DNA from: the human T2T-CHM13v2.0 reference genome, Homo sapiens | Length of the DNA stretch: 64,000 bases | Assembly: GCF_009914755.1 (NCBI RefSeq) | Contig: NC_060925.1 | Direction: 5' to 3' (one strand) | In this document: positions 14,720-30,109 of the stretch, piece after piece | How the letters are laid out: each line of letters starts with the position of its first letter | Position numbering within the stretch: position 1 is the first letter of the stretch | Translations under genes and position numbers: made by a program | Notes under the pieces: generated by a model | The model's database searches: none | Told to the model about the DNA's origin: nothing | The model's input: only the letters and a program-made list of their open reading frames with translations

Positions 14720-15935
14720 TGTACTGCTCCTTTCCATTTCTTTGATCTCTAAATATTAGAAGGCTTCAGAATTGTGTCTCTTGATGTCTCTAATTCACAC
14801 CCTTAATGAATTTATGTAATCTCATAAACCAAACAAGAGATTTATATATTTAAGTAGCTCTCCAAGATTTACACTTCTATATTTAATATGCATCTATAAA
14901 GTTAACGTCTTAATACTAACTTATGATCTGCTCATAAGCCTGTTGTTTCACAAAATTTCCCACCTCAGAGTAGGATGAGTCCATCCTTCCAGAATCTCCT
15001 ACATAAAGAATTTACACTTTTCTTTCGTTCACACTTAGATTCTGTTTCTTCTACACATTTTATTGATTTTAACATTAAAATATTTTCAGAATCTATGTTT
15101 GGGCAATTTTACTGCAGTTAATTCTCAATATTTGCAATCCTTATGTTTATGAAGTCACTGTGAAACTGAATCACCAAGAACACTGAACCATTGCTCCTAG
15201 AAGGAGGAGAGGGTGAGGTTCCTGCAAATTTCTAGTCATGAAATTTTCATCATCTGATCAATACATAATTTTGTTTTATGTGTGTTTCTGTTAGAAGAAA
15301 ACTCACCTAATGGATAATATTGATCATTCACCCTGAACTCATAGTCAGCAGTATTACAAGTCATGTTTTCTCTGTGAGGCACATCTCAGTCTACTTGTGC
15401 TTAGCAACACCAGACATCACATCAGCACTATTTCTGGGACCATTTTTAATAGTGAAATCACTACCAAAAAAAGCATAACAAAGTAAAAACCATGGCACAA
15501 AATAGATTGTGAAAAAACATTTGTGTGCTGTATGTTAGCTGTCAAGCAGTGCCTTATTTGACTTTGAGAAAGTGTGTGTGACAGATGACCCAAGATTTTT
15601 GTCACTCTGCACCTGCCATGAATGACTGACAACACACTGTATTGATTTTGGAGTTACAAATAAATTTTAGGAAGTAGGCAAATTTGTAAACAGAGAATCT
15701 ACAAATAATGACGATCAATTGTACTAATATTTTCTATAATTTTTTTCTACTTTGTTTTTCCTTGTAGCAATCACTACTAGGTATACTATATGGTTTCCTT
15801 ATTTTTTTCTTTTTGTTTATAATTTGTCTCAACATGAGAACACAGAGTTTTAAAGGTTTGCATAGGCTGAATCCTCATCCTCTAGAGTAGAAACTGGCAC
15901 ATGAGAAGAACCTAATAAATGTTTATAAAATAAAA
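14720..15935 (+). mobile_element. LINE-2 3' fragment, interrupted by MER82
   Basis: Pyrimidine-rich L2 sense sequence; 3' end CTGGCACATGAG...AATAAATGTTT. Confidence 0.6.
15115..15721 (-). mobile_element. MER82 (TcMar-Tigger derivative)
   Basis: CAGTTAATTCTCAATATTTGC...CAAATAATGACGATCAATTG termini followed by TA; GTATTGATTTTGGAGTTACAAATAAATTTTAG matches the MER82 reverse complement. Confidence 0.8.
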
Positions 15936-16338
15936 AGGAATTTGAGACATATATCTATAAATAAATGGTTATACAAATGAGTCAATGATATAAAAATTAT
16001 TGAAAATTATCTTTTAAGAGTTTGTTTATATGGTTTAAAATTCAAGAAGTACAAAGTAATACACCACGAAAAGCCTCCCTGTGCTACGAATGAAATGCCA
16101 ACTTTATCATATTTTACAATTTCACATAAAAGTGAGTCTAAACAAAGCAAATTAAGAAAATATTCCAGAAAGGAAGAGATTCAATGAAATTATAGGCATT
16201 TGAACATAATAAAGTTCTTTGTGAAAAAAATGACCCCAACAAAAGATGAAAATACCGAAAAGATTAGAACTAAGAGTGTCTTTGCAGTACTCAGGAGAGG
16301 CGTGAAAAAGTAAAATAGAATAATTACATAAAATAAAA

Positions 16339-16495
16339 GCAGTGCTCTTCTGGTAGCAGCTTGTATTGTCTAGGGAGAACTAATGGTTAGATTTTTAGTA
16401 ATTATGTGAGCTGGTTTTCAAACACAGTCATTATTGCAAATTAAACTATGTATTTGCAACTGAATAAACTGTGTTAAAATTACATTAAAACAGAT
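16339..16495 (+). mobile_element. MER63-like hAT fragment
   Basis: GAGCTGGTTTTCAAACACAGTCATTATTGCAAATTAAACTAT resembles the MER63 5' end. Confidence 0.55.
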
Positions 16496-16684
16496 TTTAT
16501 TGTTTCTTTCTGGTGAGAAGATGATTTGTGTACTGTACAATGAAGCTTGTTAAGGCAAAAAGACTCAATCAGATAATCCAGCTATTACCTCTTTACTCTT
16601 CTTCCTTCACCTGCCTCACATCAGAGTTTCCTACCAGGAAAAAGCATGCTATATAATAAAAGAGTATATGATTTATTAAACTCT

Positions 16685-16855
16685 TGAGAAGGGAAGGGCT
16701 AACTCAGCAGGTCTTGGTTGCTCAAACTTTGCACATTCCAAAGAAATGTTTGTCTTCAGTGTTGTCCCTTGGATAATCTCCAGGACAAGTATCAGAACTT
16801 TTGATATATTTTGCCTGATATGACTGTTTTTGTATGCCTGAAGTCTTGAACTGCT
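16685..16855 (+). mobile_element. MER68/MER77-like ERVL LTR 5' fragment
   Basis: CTAACTCAGCAGGTCTTGGTTGCTCAAACTTTGCACATTCCAAAGAAA. Confidence 0.6.
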
Positions 16856-17156
16856 GAGTTATATTTCTTCAAACCAAGGAACCCATTTAACAGCTTATAG
16901 TGTCTAACAATGAGCAAAAAGACATTACATTAAATGGACATATCATGATTCATATTAGCCTCACAGTAACATGTTTTGTGTAAAATGGGGGAAGATAAAA
17001 GAATGAAGGACTGGCTTACACGCTTTCATGAGTGTGAGGGGCAGCAGGGGGGAGTTCCTCTCTAGATAGATCCCTCTGCTTTTGTTGGGGAGGTAACTGG
17101 CTAAGAAGGTGTGATAGATAAATAGATGTGTCAGCTTGGCTAGGCCATAGTACCCA

Positions 17157-17519
17157 CATCTTAATCTGTTCAGGCTCCTCTAACAAAATACTGTAGACTA
17201 GGTAGCTTGCAACAGAAATGTATTTATCACTGTTCTGGGGGCTGGGAAGTCGAAGATCAACGCACCAGCAGACTCAGTGCCTGGTGGAGGATCATTTCCT
17301 GATTCATAGAGAGTGCCTTTTCCCTGTGTCATCACATAGCAGAAGGAGAAAATGAGCTCCCCTGGGCTTATTTTATAAAGGCACTAATCCCACTATTGAG
17401 GGCTCTATCTTCATAACCTAATCACCTCCCCAAAGACCATACCTTCTAATATCATCACCTTGGAGGTTAAGGTTTTGACCTATAAATTTAGGGGAAACAC
17501 AAGTCTTCTCACCATAGTA
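17157..17519 (-). mobile_element. MLT1A-like MaLR LTR nested in MLT2
   Basis: GGCTGGGAAGTCGAAGATCAA, GGCACTAATCCC, ACCTAATCACCTCCCCAAAG. Confidence 0.85.
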
Positions 17520-17912
17520 GCAGATATTTTGTCAAACATTATTCTATATATTTCTGTGAAAATATTTTTTTGGATGAGATTGTCATTCAAATCAGTAGAC
17601 AGTGAGTAAAGCAGATTGAGCTCCATAATGTGGGTGGGCTTCATCCAATTCACTGAATACTTTATTTTAAAAAAAGACTGACCTTCCCCTAGGAAGAGGG
17701 GATTCTGCCAGCAGATGACCTTCCGTTCAAGCACAAACTGAATCTCTTCCCTGGGCCTCCATCCTGCTGCCCTCCCTGACAGATTTTGAACTTGCCAGTG
17801 TTCACAATCATGAACCAGTTTCTTACTAATAAATCTCTCCTTTCGTAAAAAAATATATATGTATAGATGTGTGTGCACACATATATAAATATATACAGAT
17901 GTATATGTATAC

Positions 17913-17914
<2 letters not shown>

Positions 17915-17950
<36 letters not shown>
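17915..17950. repeat. (GT)18 microsatellite
   Basis: Seen directly; preceded by a (TA)-rich tract. Confidence 0.97.
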
Positions 17951-17952
<2 letters not shown>

Positions 17953-20164
17953 CCTATTGGTTCTGTTTCTTTGGAGTACTCTGAACAGTACACCAGGGAT
18001 AAGAGATAATACAGGTATAAATATACAATTCTTCCCTACATCCTGTTTATTTTTTCCAATATGATGCCATAGGCCTACGACCAGGGCTACAGCTGTGGGT
18101 GTCAGAAGTAGGGATAATTTCGAAATAAGTAACTGTATCATTTTAATTCTTTGTACCAGAATTACAAAGAGCCTGGTTTTATGGAATATGCCTTCATCTG
18201 TCTGGCAAAATTTAGGTTGACAGTGAATAGTGAATGCAGCTGTATTGCCTGGTGGTTGGGATAGACCACTAGTTTTATGCCTATATAACATGACTCTACA
18301 TGAATGGGAATATATTGTAGAAGAAACTTTGGATAGACTGGTATTGCTGCCAGCATTTTGAACCAGCTTAGTGACTTACCATAACATCCTTTCCAAATTT
18401 GGAAAACGTGGAGTTAAAATCAATGACAAATTGTGAAAAAGAGAGATAATAGCTGAGGGTAAAGGAAGAAATATATCAGTTATAAAACAAGGGAGACTGA
18501 TGCACCAAGAGAGAGTCAGAATAAAAGAATGATGTTATCTTTTAATACAATTATACCATATAACCTAAAGGATGAAGCCATATGTTTACTAAGTACAATC
18601 CTGCTTTTGGAACCTGACAAAGTCAAACAGAAGCCTATAAACCTGATTTACCTTGAACTCTGAGATACTTTAGTCACATAATATGATGATGAGTTGCACC
18701 AATTATTAATAACTGAGTGTAACTCTAGAAATGTTCTAGTATCTTTTCTCTCTTACTTTTCAGATTGTATCTACTGAAAAAGGCATCATTTGGGAAGAAA
18801 TTTCCAGGAACTACTCTCTACTGGTCTGTTGAATCATGAAGTGCACAGCTCTCATCAGAATGATTACCGTGTAGCTATAAACCTCAATGACCAAATGCTT
18901 AGAAACGTCCCTGGTCATAATGAATGAAATATGCCAGTGGCATTCCCAACATGCCACAATGTGCTATGCACACGTATACATCACTCTTATTTTTAGTCTT
19001 AAACAGAATAGAAAAAAAAACACAATGAATTTCTCATGGGAATAAAGCAATAGGTATCGCATAGTGAATTCAAATTTTCCTGGAGAATATCCCTAGCCTG
19101 AGAGGTAAAAGGCTGTGTAGAGTAGTATAGCATACTCAGACTATATTAAATGTAGGTGTGACACATCTAACTCTATTATATGGAACCCAACATTTTTGGA
19201 TACAAAATATGTCTTTTAACTGCATTCAAGCCACTAGTACATAATGGCAACAGTACTCATGGTGGATTAAACATTATCCCACAAGACAGAAAACGGTTTC
19301 AGGGGAAATAAATACTAGTCTAGATATTATGGCACAAGCTCAATTTGCTTTTAATTAGAAATGACATTCAGAGGGAATAAAAATATTTGTTAACTGGAAT
19401 TAACAGATTAGACTAAATTATCTTCTAGAAGGAAGGCAAGGCACAAAGATGGGAATTGGCCTGGAAAGATGATGGGACTTCAGTGAAGTGGATCAGGCTG
19501 ATTCAACCAATACTGATGGATGATGCTAGGTTGTACCTTTGGGAAAGGGCTTGTACCCTAAGCCCCTAAGCAGGGCTTCTTGACTACTGTGATACCAAAA
19601 AAGCCATGGGGCAATGGCTCTTCATCTTAGCTGCTGAGAATCAAAGGTCATATTTTTTAGGAATCATGCATCTCCAAATTTATGGAAGTTCTCTGAAGAC
19701 ACTTGTTATTCACATTAATGCACTATGACTGTCATTGCCTGGAGAATAGGTCAAAATAAGACGTATTCTATAACTATAATATGGTAAACAAGGATAGCAA
19801 CTGTTCTGAACACCCATGTTCTCTCATAAGTGGAGATGGGCCCTGCTATATAGCAGTGCACAATGGAAACTAGTTTCAGTACAAGCCTTTGAACTAAGAC
19901 AGGGAGGGTGGCTTTATCCCCAACTGACTTGGAATCTAGAAATAACCAAATCAGGGTCAACTGTAATAACTACTACTCATAAAAATATATGGTATTTGGA
20001 CAAAGGCTCATTCTGTGGGAAGGCATAGCAAAAATTTATATGATCCTTACTGATTTGTTCTATAATAAAATTAAATTGTGCTATGATCATACTACAGTAT
20101 GGTATAACACTGGCATTGTTGATAAGATTCAACTACCTATGTAAATAAGATATGCTACTACTGA

Positions 20165-20408
20165 TACTATTGATCAAATGGTGTTGTGAAGCATGTTCCC
20201 TTGCAACTCCTCTGGAAGGGGACACCTGAAAGAATGAGCCTGGTTTCTCCTGGATTTCATTCACACAATGTGCTGTTTTATTTTACTAATTTTAATCTGT
20301 AACAAGAAACTATAATAAATTTCAAGTTTGAGTATAACAGCTTTTTTGAGTCCTGTGAGTTCTAGCAAACTATTGAGCCTCAGCGTGATCTTAGGGATCC
20401 CAGACACA
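20165..20408 (+). mobile_element. MER21-like LTR 3' fragment
   Basis: GAGTATAACAGCTTTTTTGAGTCCTGTGAGTTCTAGCAAACTATTGAGCCT...GGGATCCCAGACACA. Confidence 0.7.
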
Positions 20409-20577
20409 GATCCCTTTCCTGCTTTTTTAACCTCTGCAAGTGGGTTTCTCAAATGATGGTTTAACAATGCTTTCCAGGTGTGGTCCTACTCTCTAGATAT
20501 CTGCAATTAAAAGGTAGTCCTTGAGGACTATTAAAACTACCTGTATAGAAGTCCTTATCCTCTAGTTTTGAAGTGAT

Positions 20578-20775
20578 AGCTCTATGTCTATGTCTATCTC
20601 TATCTCTATGTCTATCTCTATCTCTGACTATCTCTATCTCATCTCTATCTATCTCTATCTCAAATCTACTATCTCTAACTCTATCCCTAGCTCTACCTCT
20701 ACCTCTATCTCTAGCTGTAACTCTAACCCCTTTATCTGTATCTCTATCTATTTCTGTCTCTATCATATCTCTCTC
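20578..20775. repeat. Degenerate (TCTATC)n hexamer repeat
   Basis: Seen directly; source of the spurious LS/RD-repeat ORFs. Confidence 0.9.
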
Positions 20776-21185
20776 AGTACATCCATCTACACTCTTATAA
20801 AGGGAAAAAATGAATGTATACAGATAGATATATAATTATAGACAAAGATCCATTGCAGTTTCTCCCTCTTTGGCCCAGATTTTGCTTTACTTTTTTTTTA
20901 AGTGATGGCTAACTTCTGTTTTCTGATTTTAGCCCTTGTTTTGTTGAAAACTAATTTTTTTCCTGTTTTCTATTTCATCTATTTTTTATTTTTGTTATGT
21001 TCATTGTACATCAAAGGGTAGATACCTTTATTTCTTGATTTTTACTAGATATTCCTATTTTTTTCTAACATACAAGAGTATAAAATGCTTTAGATTGAAC
21101 CATTTTCAAGGAACAATACCAGACACCAATCAGTCTTTAGTAAATTTCTGCTATTACTACTTTTTTCATTTATTTTATTCAGCTA

Positions 21186-22918
<1,733 letters not shown>

Positions 22919-22999
22919 AAAAGATAATGAATAATTTACATAAAAAGAATGTGAATAATTATTTGCATGATTTCATAAAAGACATCTTACAGCAGTTAC

Positions 23000-23616
<617 letters not shown>

Positions 23617-23786
23617 GTTACTAAAAAGCACATCATGAAATGGTGTTCTATAATAAATTATTAAATTGATTAGTAAGCATAATCATTATATATTTTATAG
23701 TGTTGCAAGCTTTAAAACATGTTTGTCATATTTCATACAATTTTAGGATAATGATAAAATAGTGACACTATCTGACATATGCTGGT

Positions 23787-26109
23787 TGTATTAGTCCATT
23801 CTCACACTGCTATAAAGAACTACGTGAGACTGGGTAATTTATGAAGAAAAGTGGTTTAATTGACTCACAGTTCCACATGGCTGGAAGGCCTCAGGAAACG
23901 TATAATCCTGGCAGAAGGTGAAAGGAAAGTGTGTATGTCATCACATGTCACAGCAGGAGGAAGACAGAGAGAAGGGTAAAGTGCCACATACTTATCAAAC
24001 AACCAGATATCTGAAAACTTACTCACTATCATGAGAACAGAGGGAAGGGGGAAGTCCACCTCCATGATTCAATCGCCTTCCACCGGGCCCCTCCTCCAAC
24101 ACATGGGGATTGCAATTTGAGATGAGATTTGAGTGAGGACAAAGAATTAAACCATATCACTCCACGTCTGGTTCCTCCCATATCTCATGTCCTTTTCACA
24201 TTTTGAGACAAATCATGCCTTCCCAACAGTCCCCCAAAGTCTTAACTTATTCTAGCATTAACTCAAAAGTCTGCATTCAATATCTCATTATAGACAAGGC
24301 TAGTCCCTTCTGCCTATCAGTCTGCAAATTAAAAATAAGTTATTTCCAAGATACAATGGAGGAACAGGAATGAAGGAAATGCTTTTATTCCAAAAGAGAT
24401 AAATTGACAAAAACTAAGGGGCTCCAGGACAAATACAAGTACAAAATCCAGAAGGGCAGTCGTTAAATCTTAAAGCTCCAAAATAATATCTTTTGACTCC
24501 AAGTCTCACATCCAGGGAATGCTGATGCAAAGGGTGGGCCCCCAACGCCTTGGGCAGCTCCTCCCCTGTGGCTCTTCAGGGTACAGCTCCTGTGGCTACT
24601 TTCATGGGCTGGTTGAATGCCTGTGGCTTTTCCAGGTGCATAGTACAATCTGTTGGTGGATCTACCATGCTGGTGTCTGGAGGATGGTGGCCCTCTTATC
24701 ACAGCTCCACTAGGCAGTGCCCCAGTGGGAACTCTGTGTAGAAGCTCCAACCTCATATTTCCCCTTTGCACTGCCCCAGTAGAGGTTCTCCATGAGCGCT
24801 CTACCCCTGCAGCAGACTTTTGCCTGGGCATCCAGGTGTTTTCCATATATCCTCTGAAATTTAGGCAGAGGTTCCCAAATTCTTGCCTTCTGCACACCAA
24901 CAGGCTCAACACCATGTGGAAGCCACTAAGGCTTGGGTCTTGAACCCTCTGAAGCAATGGCCCAAGATATACTTCAACCCCTTTTACCCATGGCTAGAGC
25001 TGGAGGTGCTGGGACATAGGATGCCATGTCCCAAGGCCACACAGAACATTTTTCCCCTCTAGGCCTCTGGGCTTGTGATGAGTGGGGCTGCTTTGAAGAT
25101 CTCTGAAATGCCCTGGAGACATTTTCACCATTGTCTTGAATATTAACATCTGCTCCTCTTCACTTAAGCAAATTTACACAACAGGCTTGAATTCCTCTCC
25201 AGCTAATGGGATATTCTTTTCTACCACATGGTCAGGCTGCAAATTTTCCAAAATTTTATGCTCTCTCTTCTAAACATAAATTTTGATTTCAGACCATCTT
25301 TTTCTTCACATATATGAGCATACACTATTAGAAAAAGCCAGGTTACATCTTGAATGATTTGCTTCTTAGACATTTCTTCCACAAAATACTCTAAATCATA
25401 TCTCTCAAGTTCAAAGTTTGACAGATCTCTAGAGCAGGGGCAAAATGCTGTCAGTCTCTTTGCTAAAGTATAGCAAAAGTAATCATTACTCCAGTTCCCA
25501 GTAAGTTCCTCATCTCCACTTGAGACCACCTCAGCCTGGAGTTTATTGTTCATATCACTATCAGTACTTTGGTCACAAGCATTCAACAAGTTCTAGAAAG
25601 TTTCAAACTTTCACTAGTCTTCCTGTATTCTTCTGAACTTCCAAACTGTTCTGACCTCTGACCATTACCCAGTTTCAAGGTCACTTCCACATTTTCAGGT
25701 ATCTTTATAGCAATGCCCCACTTTCTCAATACTAATTTTCTGTATTACTCCATTCTCACATTGCTGTAAAGAACTAACTGAGACTGGATAACTTATGAAG
25801 AAAAGAAGTTTAATTGACTCACAGTTGTGCATGGTTGGTCAGGCTTCAGGATACTTATAATCAACGGTGGGAGGTGAAAGGAAAGCAAGCATATCTTCAC
25901 ATGTCAAAGCAGGAGGAAGACAGAGAAGAAGGAAGCACCACATACTTATCAAACAACCAGACCTTGTGGGAACTCACTCACTATCACAGAACAGCAAGAG
26001 GAAAGTCTATCTTCATGATTCAATACCTCCCACAAGGCCCCTCCTCTGACATATGGAGATTAAAATTTGAGATGAGATTTGGGTGGGGACACAGAGCCAA
26101 ACCATATGA
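23787..26109 (-). mobile_element. MSTA-like MaLR provirus (LTR 23787-24159, internal 24160-25740, LTR 25741-26109)
   Basis: Two homologous LTRs (TGTATTAGTCCATTCTCAC...AAACCATATCA) flanking about 1.58 kb of MaLR-int. Confidence 0.93.
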
Positions 26110-26739
26110 TTATTTGTTCAAAAAGTATTATTGAATTCAGATATTTTAAATGATAGCTCACAAAAGTACTGAAGAACAGATGAATACTGAATTATTAGAT
26201 TTCGTGTCAATTTGAAGCAAATCAATTTTATTTTGAAGAGATGTAATATACATTAAACAAAAATGTACAGATTATCTTAAATATATTAAGAAAATCAGAA
26301 ATATTATGTGCAAGTTTCTTAGGTAAAATTATTATACACTAAAAAGTCATTTCCCCTAAAGATAAAATGAAAATTCAAATAACTAATTCTCAGGCATGTT
26401 TGCTGAAATGTATTTAATGCAAGTACAAAGCATAAAAGTGGGTAATTTTCTTTCTAAATATTTTGATTCAAATTAGAGCAAGTTTCAGTCAGTTGAACAA
26501 CTGGTAACTTTGGTCCTCCTGCTCTAAACTGCTAATGTCCCTATTCTCTGCATATTAGGAGTAAAAAAAGTAAATAAGATAAACATAAGTCATATTTCTA
26601 GGGACTGAAATATAGCAATAAAAATTTCTCTATTAAAATTCATGCAAATATGTTATGAAATGGAAATTTTAAAATGGTTTGAGAAAACTCATTATATATA
26701 ATTAATTAGCTTGAGGAAAACAGCATGTTTTCTCACTGC

Positions 26740-27030
26740 CCTATTAAGTTGGATTCCCCAGCAAGCAGACTCTGAGTTAGAGATTAGTATGTAAGAAATT
26801 AATTAGTGAGTGCCTTGCAGATCAACACCTATGAGAAAAAAAAGGAGGGATTAACATGTGTGCTACTGGAAAGGAAGGAAATAGAATAGGACATTGGAAA
26901 AATTAAACTGTGATGCAGCTTCAATGGTTGTTCCAGTCAACCCTACAGGGGTTCTGAAGTTAGGATAACTTGGGTAAAGGGACTAGGCTTTTAAATCCCC
27001 TTATCAATGAGTCATTGGATTTGAGCTATG
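26740..27030 (-). mobile_element. LTR16-like ERVL LTR fragment
   Basis: GGATTCCCCAGCAAGCAGACTCTGAG...GATCAACACCT...AACTGTGATGCAG...GTCATTGGAT. Confidence 0.65.
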
Positions 27031-27056
27031 AAAAATTATTTAAAGAACTGGCATCT

Positions 27057-27242
27057 TACAAAAATTAGCCAGGCATGGTGGTACATGCCTGTAATCCCAG
27101 CTACCTGGGAGACCAAGGCATGAGAATCACTTGAACCTGAAAGATGGAGGTTTCAGTGAGCTGCAATCACTTTACTGCACTCCAGCCTGGGTGACAGAGC
27201 AAGACTCTGTCTCAAAACAAACAAGCAAATTTACAAACAAAA
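27057..27242 (+). mobile_element. 5'-truncated Alu (right monomer)
   Basis: TACAAAAATTAGCCAGGC...GACTCTGTCTC with (AAAC) tail; degenerate TSD AACTGGCATCT/GACTGGCTTCT. Confidence 0.9.
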
Positions 27243-27257
27243 TGACTGGCTTCTCAT

Positions 27258-27930
27258 TGATACCCCGACAATGCTGAACTTCACCTGAGGCCTGTGTGCC
27301 TGTCAAATAGCTACAGTTAAGAAATCTTCACACACCTTGTGTTCCCAGAAGGGGCTTAATGCAATAAAACAGTCTTTCACATGTGACTTGGGTAAGACTT
27401 ATAGATGTTATTCTTGTTTACTATGATTAGCCTAGACACAGTCCTTCTAAATTTATATTTCTTGTCTTATAAATGATCAACTGAGCTTTTTCTCTCCACC
27501 AATCAATCTGAATAAAATATGTGCTAACTTGACCTATCCAAATTTTAGTCAGGGTTTTCCCCTTTCCCAAGTCTCCTGAAATTGAAACCACCCTTTAGCA
27601 TGCAGAACCATCCTTCCTTAATGCTCTCCCAAGAAATGGCCAACCTCAGATAAATAAAACATTCTCTGATTTATTGTCTGATCATATGATCATATGATCA
27701 CTCCACATACCCAGTTCTTTTTAGCTTTGTTTACTCTTCCTACAATAGAAAGGTCATTTCTGCCTTACTTTCGAGACATTTACAGATCTTATGCTTGAAG
27801 CATTCTCTTTTGTGAAGTAGTTCTAGTTTCCCTATTCCAACAGGGTTCTTCTATACCTCTCTTTTTTTGGAAATAGTCTTTTAGAACAAAGTCTACCTTT
27901 ACTTATGTCTGAGTTTATTATCTGACTTCT
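27258..27930 (+). mobile_element. MER90-like ERV1 solo LTR
   Basis: CAATGCTGAACTTCACCTGAG...GTTAAGAAATC...TAAAACATTCTCTGAT..TGTCTGATC. Confidence 0.7.
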
Positions 27931-28700
27931 GTTAGCAGCACCAAAACTCACAACAACTGGGAAAATCTTTTGCTTCTGAAAAGAATCTGAGTGGCATATC
28001 TTAGCATCCACCATATCTACTCAATTATATTACTTTCAAAGGAAATAAAATTATTTTTTAAAGTAGATGTTTTGAAAAGTCAAGTGAAGTTTTGTGTTGG
28101 CCAAATCATTATGAATTCCCTTTAAAATTGGAGAAAATGTGCATTGAAAAAAAAGAAAATGAGAAAAGTTATTGACAGTGGACAAAAAATTGAGAAAATT
28201 ATAAATAAGAGAAAAAGAATTTTCAGTTAAGCATCAGAGATTAACCACAGTTGATTGTCTCTACCTTTTACAAAATTTAAAATAAAAATATTTTCAAACA
28301 GAAAATTTATAAAGAAAAATTTTTTTCTTCACTTCAAATTTTCTGTGTCTAGGCTGAGGAATGAGAGATAACACTAAATCAATTAAATTAAAAATTTGAT
28401 TAATATTTTGGACTTGATGGTCTAATTACTGATGCAAGTTTGGGTTTGAAAAATCATGTGGGCATGCAAAAGTAGATTGAAAAAGCATGTTCCTAGTAGA
28501 GTGAATCCAGGAATAAAGGGAGTTTGCTTATGTTACACAAAGTTTAAAGGAATTGTTTAGAGGAACATAAAGTTACATTTTGAGGATGAGTTTTGAGGCT
28601 TTTTTACATTTTTTATTTGTAATTAAAAAAATTAAAAATTGCAAACAAGTCAAATGTATGATGAATAAGTTGCAGCACATTGATGCAATTGTAATACTAT

Positions 28701-29486
28701 TGTCTTAGTCCATTTTTTGTTGCTATAACATATATAAGTCCATTCTTGCATTGCTATAAGAAAATACCTGAGACTGGGTAATTTTTTTTTATATATATAT
28801 ATAAAGAGGTTTAATTGGCTCATGGTTCTGCAGCCTGTACAGAAAACATAGCAGCTTCTGCTTCTAGGGAGGCCTCAGGAAACGTATAATCATGGCAGAA
28901 GGGGAAGCAGGCATGTCTTACAGGGCAGGAGCAGGAGGAAGGTAGGAGGAGGTGCCACACACTTTTAAACAACCAGGTATCATGAAAACTCTATTATGAA
29001 AACTGCACCAAAGCAGGGAAATCTGTCCCCATGAACAAGTCACCTCCCATAAGCCCCAACTCCAACATCGTGGATTACAGTTGAACATTACATTTGGGTG
29101 GGGATACACAAATCCAAACCATATCAACATAATACTTGAAATTAGGTGATTTGTAAAGAACAGAAATTTATTTCTTGTAGTTCTGTGGGCTAAGTCCCAT
29201 AGAACCCACATCTGGTGAGCACCTTCTTGCAGCATCATCCAATGGCAAAAGAAGAAGGGCAAGGGAGAATGCACATGAGAGAATAAATGGAATTGAACTC
29301 ATCCTTTTACCAGAAACCCACTCCTGTGATAACTAACAAACTCCTGTGATAATAATATTAATTAACTTATGAGGGCAGAGCCCTCATTATCTAATTACCT
29401 CTTAGCAGTCTCACTTCTCCACACTGTTGCATTGGAGATTAAGTTACCATCACATGAAGTCTGGGGAACATATTCAAACTATAGCA
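28701..29486 (-). mobile_element. MSTC/D-like solo LTR (outer)
   Basis: TGTCTTAGTCCATTTT..GCTATAACA at 28701-28730, resuming after 29126 and ending TTCAAACTATAGCA; TSD ACTAT/ATTAT. Confidence 0.85.
28733..29126 (-). mobile_element. MSTA-like solo LTR nested in another MST LTR
   Basis: AGTCCATTCTTGCATTGCTATA...CAAATCCAAACCATATCA; TSD ACATA. Confidence 0.88.
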
Positions 29487-29763
29487 ATTATATAGCAATG
29501 AATATAAATGAATCATAAATACACATATAAACATCATAGCATTTAGGAGAAAACTGTAATAGCAGAAGAATACATTCATATTGTACAATTTATAAAATAT
29601 TTAATTCTATGTAAAATTAAACAATATGATGTTTGGAAGTAGATAATATACATACAGTAAACCTATAAAAGAATTAGGTGAAATTTCTAGATAGTGGTTA
29701 CATATGAATTGACTAATGGTTGATACAAAGACGAAATGCAGGGTTTTCAAGTGTTGGTAATAG

Positions 29764-30109
<346 letters not shown>

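Larger units (their letters stand above)
17110..17992 (+). mobile_element. MLT2D-like ERVL solo LTR with nested MLT1A and a (TG)n tract
   Basis: TGTGAT..GTGTCAGCTTGGCTAGGCC start; AGTAAAGCAGATTG..CCATAATGTGGGTGGGC; end CCTATTGGTTCTGTTTCT...TACA. Confidence 0.85.

Noticed and set aside
17689-18291. Longest ORF in the track (200 aa)
   Set aside because: Runs through the MLT2 LTR and a (CA)n tract (HTHT repeat); no recognisable domain.
20461-20835. RD-, LS- and SI-repeat ORFs resembling SR-like or membrane proteins
   Set aside because: Translations of the (TCTATC)n repeat.
24463-25589. Several overlapping ORFs in MST-int
   Set aside because: Decayed MaLR internal (gag-derived) sequence with stops and frameshifts.
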